Below, one piece after another: positions 61,390-64,000 of a DNA stretch of 64,000 nt (its first letter is position 1; each line of letters begins with the position of its first letter). Position numbers and translations under genes: made by a program. Below the pieces are notes generated by a model. The model was given only the letters and a program-made list of their open reading frames with translations, did no database searches and had not been told where the DNA came from. Source of the stretch: Dipteris shenzhenensis (Eukaryota); the NCBI GenBank assembly GCA_047967505.1, contig CM106538.1. The stretch is one strand, 5' to 3'.

Positions 61390-64000
61390 TAGAGTGGTAC
61401 CAATGCTCTTAGGGTCCACATCGAATGAGTGTCCTACCACTAAAGGGACTTAAGCCCGTTATATTATAGTGGCCATGGACTATTTCACCAAATGGGCAGA
61501 AGCCAGAGCCATAAGGAAGGTAGATGCGAGGGCCAATGCGAAAATGTAATATCCCACTTCGGCCTTGCACTTGAGATTGTAAGCAACTGAGGAATGCACT
61601 TCGTGAATGATACAATTCGAATATTGATGAGTGAGTTCCTCATTGTGCATTGCAAGTCTACTCTGCATTACCCCCGAGTAAACGGTCAGGCCGAGATCTC
61701 AAATAAGTTTTGGTGCGGAATTATGACGTGCACGGTTGAGGCTAGCTGCAATGACTAGGAGCACAAACTCATCGCAGCACTATGGGCCTATCGAGAATGG
61801 CCTACAAAGTGGCAACAAACTGCCCACCCTTTAGACTAGCGTTTGGGTTAGAGGTAGTTATGCCCATGGAATTTATTGTGCCAAGCCTTAGAGTCATGGT
61901 TAGGAATCGAATATCTGATGAGGCAATTCCTGAGAGATTAATTGAGGTGGAAAAGCTTGATGAAACGAGGCTAAGTGCAGCTTATGGCATAAAAGTGGAA
62001 AAGCTATGCCGTAAAAAATGGTTTAACCATAACTTGCACAATAAGGAATTGAAGGAAGGTAACCTCACTCTTTTATATAGCATTAGAAACACCAAGCACA
62101 AGCTAAAGTATCATGGCATGGGTCCATATCGGTTGTAGAGATTACACCTTAGGGGTTTTGCAGAGTTGCAACCCTTGATGGTACTGAGATGGAGGGCTAC
62201 ATTAATGGTAATAAGCTTAAGTGCTACTATGGCCCTTTAACATTGCAGACATTACAGGCCATCCATCGGGAAAGGGAATTAAAATTGGCAGTTGCTCGGA
62301 TGAAGCAACAAGCATTACAAGAAGCTAGAGCATGTCAGGCTAAAGCGAAAAAATTAGGGCTTATATCAATTTATAAAGCATCCATGGAAGGGCTAAACCC
62401 CATGGAGGACTTAACAGTTGCCCCCGGGAGGGTGCAAGCCAATTTTCAATTGTGCAGGGAAACAATATGCTCGGCCGATGCTTTCATTGATCTGCGTCTA
62501 GCCACAACTTGAGCTCATACGACATGTGTACTCAACTCCTAACATTCAAGGTCAATTTTATGTTATGCCAGAAGGTGCCATGGATGAACAGGTCATTCTA
62601 GAAGGACATGATGTTGGGCAGTCAATTGCCAAAATGATTGGCAAGGGCGTATGACCACCCTAACTAACGACATCCGCACTTCAGTGGTCTAATGGCTTCC
62701 TCATGTACTACAGCCGCTACTCCAAATCCAACTGTAGCTACGCCAACAAAGTATGATGGGCCTACCTTAGCTATAGTGAGTGCACATAAGGGCAAGTGCT
62801 TGTATTGGCACTCGAAGGATACAGTCTCATCTTCCAATGCTAAGATACATTTCTGCCTCTCCATTCTCCCGTTCCGCCCGTGAAAGCTACAACCACACAC
62901 TCGAAGAGAAACAATTCAAGAAGACGCCAACCAACAAAGGGTTAGCGAAAGTGCCATTACAGGTGGGTACCAAAGCGGCTATTGGAAGCCCAAGGATTCT
63001 ATTAGGGCAATAGCTTCATAAGGGTGCCCAAGGCACGCATGTCTCTAGTTGCTACCACTCGACATCCTACATCATCTATGACACGGGCCACAGTAGTAAC
63101 ACGAGAACCTACCTCCAAAAAAGAGGTAGCAATGCAAGAACCTATTGCTAGGACTTGACAGATCAACACAGCAAAAGTGAGACCACAGGAAACATCCATG
63201 TACCCTTGAGTAGTTATGTTATAGGAATCAGTAGCATGAGTTGTGATAGTTACACAAGAAACTGTCCCTAAGAATGGTGCAGTGACACAAGAACCTGTTG
63301 CACTTCAAGCAAAGGGCGAGACATACCACCTCAACCTCTGCCAAGCAGTGGAGTTTATTGATCGTTACAATATGGCAACGCGCACCACAAGCTGGCTACA
63401 TGTAGATGGTCTATACCATTTCTACCAGTTTACGATAGAGACATGTGTGCATTTAACCTCCCAGCGATCTCCCAACCTTTTGCAATGCTGCGTGTAATTG
63501 AAAAGCAGTTGGCAGCAGTGGTCCCCTACAACTCAAAGATACATTGGGGAGGGGTACCCATTAGTATCATTGAGAATAAGATGGTTTGTCATTTGCCAAG
63601 GTAGCCTGGGCAATCACACTGCTCGCCCGAATTCAACTAACTGAACACCATAGTGTTGTACTCCCAACTTCCTAGCACGTCTCATCAAAACCAAAGAAAT
63701 AAACTGGGCCGATTTTTTCTATGAGGAGATACTCACCGTTTACATCTGTGGTAGTGAAAAGATTGGAAACTCAATGTTCTTGATGCCGATCATCCATCAC
63801 CTCTCCAATGACCTCATTCTGGAAGGCTATGGTGATGCGAAAAAAGATATTGGTTTACGCTCAGCGCCCTCCACTAGGTCCATGCCCACAATGCCCTTGT
63901 TGAAGAAAAGAAGAGAGGAACAAAACTAGAGGGCACAAGAGGAAGCAGCCATCGCCAAAAGGTAGCAAGATGAAGAAGCAGCACGCAAGCTCCAAGAATA
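61390..64000 (+). mobile_element. Decayed Ty3/Gypsy integrase plus downstream extra ORF region
   Basis: VAMDYFTKWAEA, NGQAEISNK, MAYKVATNCPPFRLAFGLEVVMPMEF, GPYRL...INGNKLKCYY (GPY/F); coding-like remnants continue to the window end. Confidence 0.85.

Overview
Repeat-rich land-plant nuclear DNA. A fern-like genome is inferred from the TE types and long TE-filled introns; it is not proven. Two intact-looking host genes are present, both on the minus strand. (1) A multi-exon gene, rebuilt by hand from splice sites (17688 down to <1), encodes an N-terminal C3HC4 RING finger fused to Pumilio/PUF repeats. Its ~13.2-kb intron holds a head-to-tail chain of (CT)n-tailed LINE 3' ends and a Ty3-type element carrying a PTB RRM fragment. 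(2) A two-exon gene (59884-58666) encodes a 314-aa acidic protein with a C-terminal membrane anchor. Between them lie nested, mostly decayed transposons: a rearranged LINE, Ty3/Gypsy and Ty1/Copia pieces, a gag-only LTR element with TSD, a MITE, a hAT transposase facing a RING-H2 pseudogene across a ~290-bp hairpin, and a pectate-lyase fragment. There is also a truncated transposase whose motifs align by eye with the RAG1/Transib core, preceded by a heptamer-23 bp-nonamer, RSS-like sequence. All homology calls come from motif recognition, not database searches.
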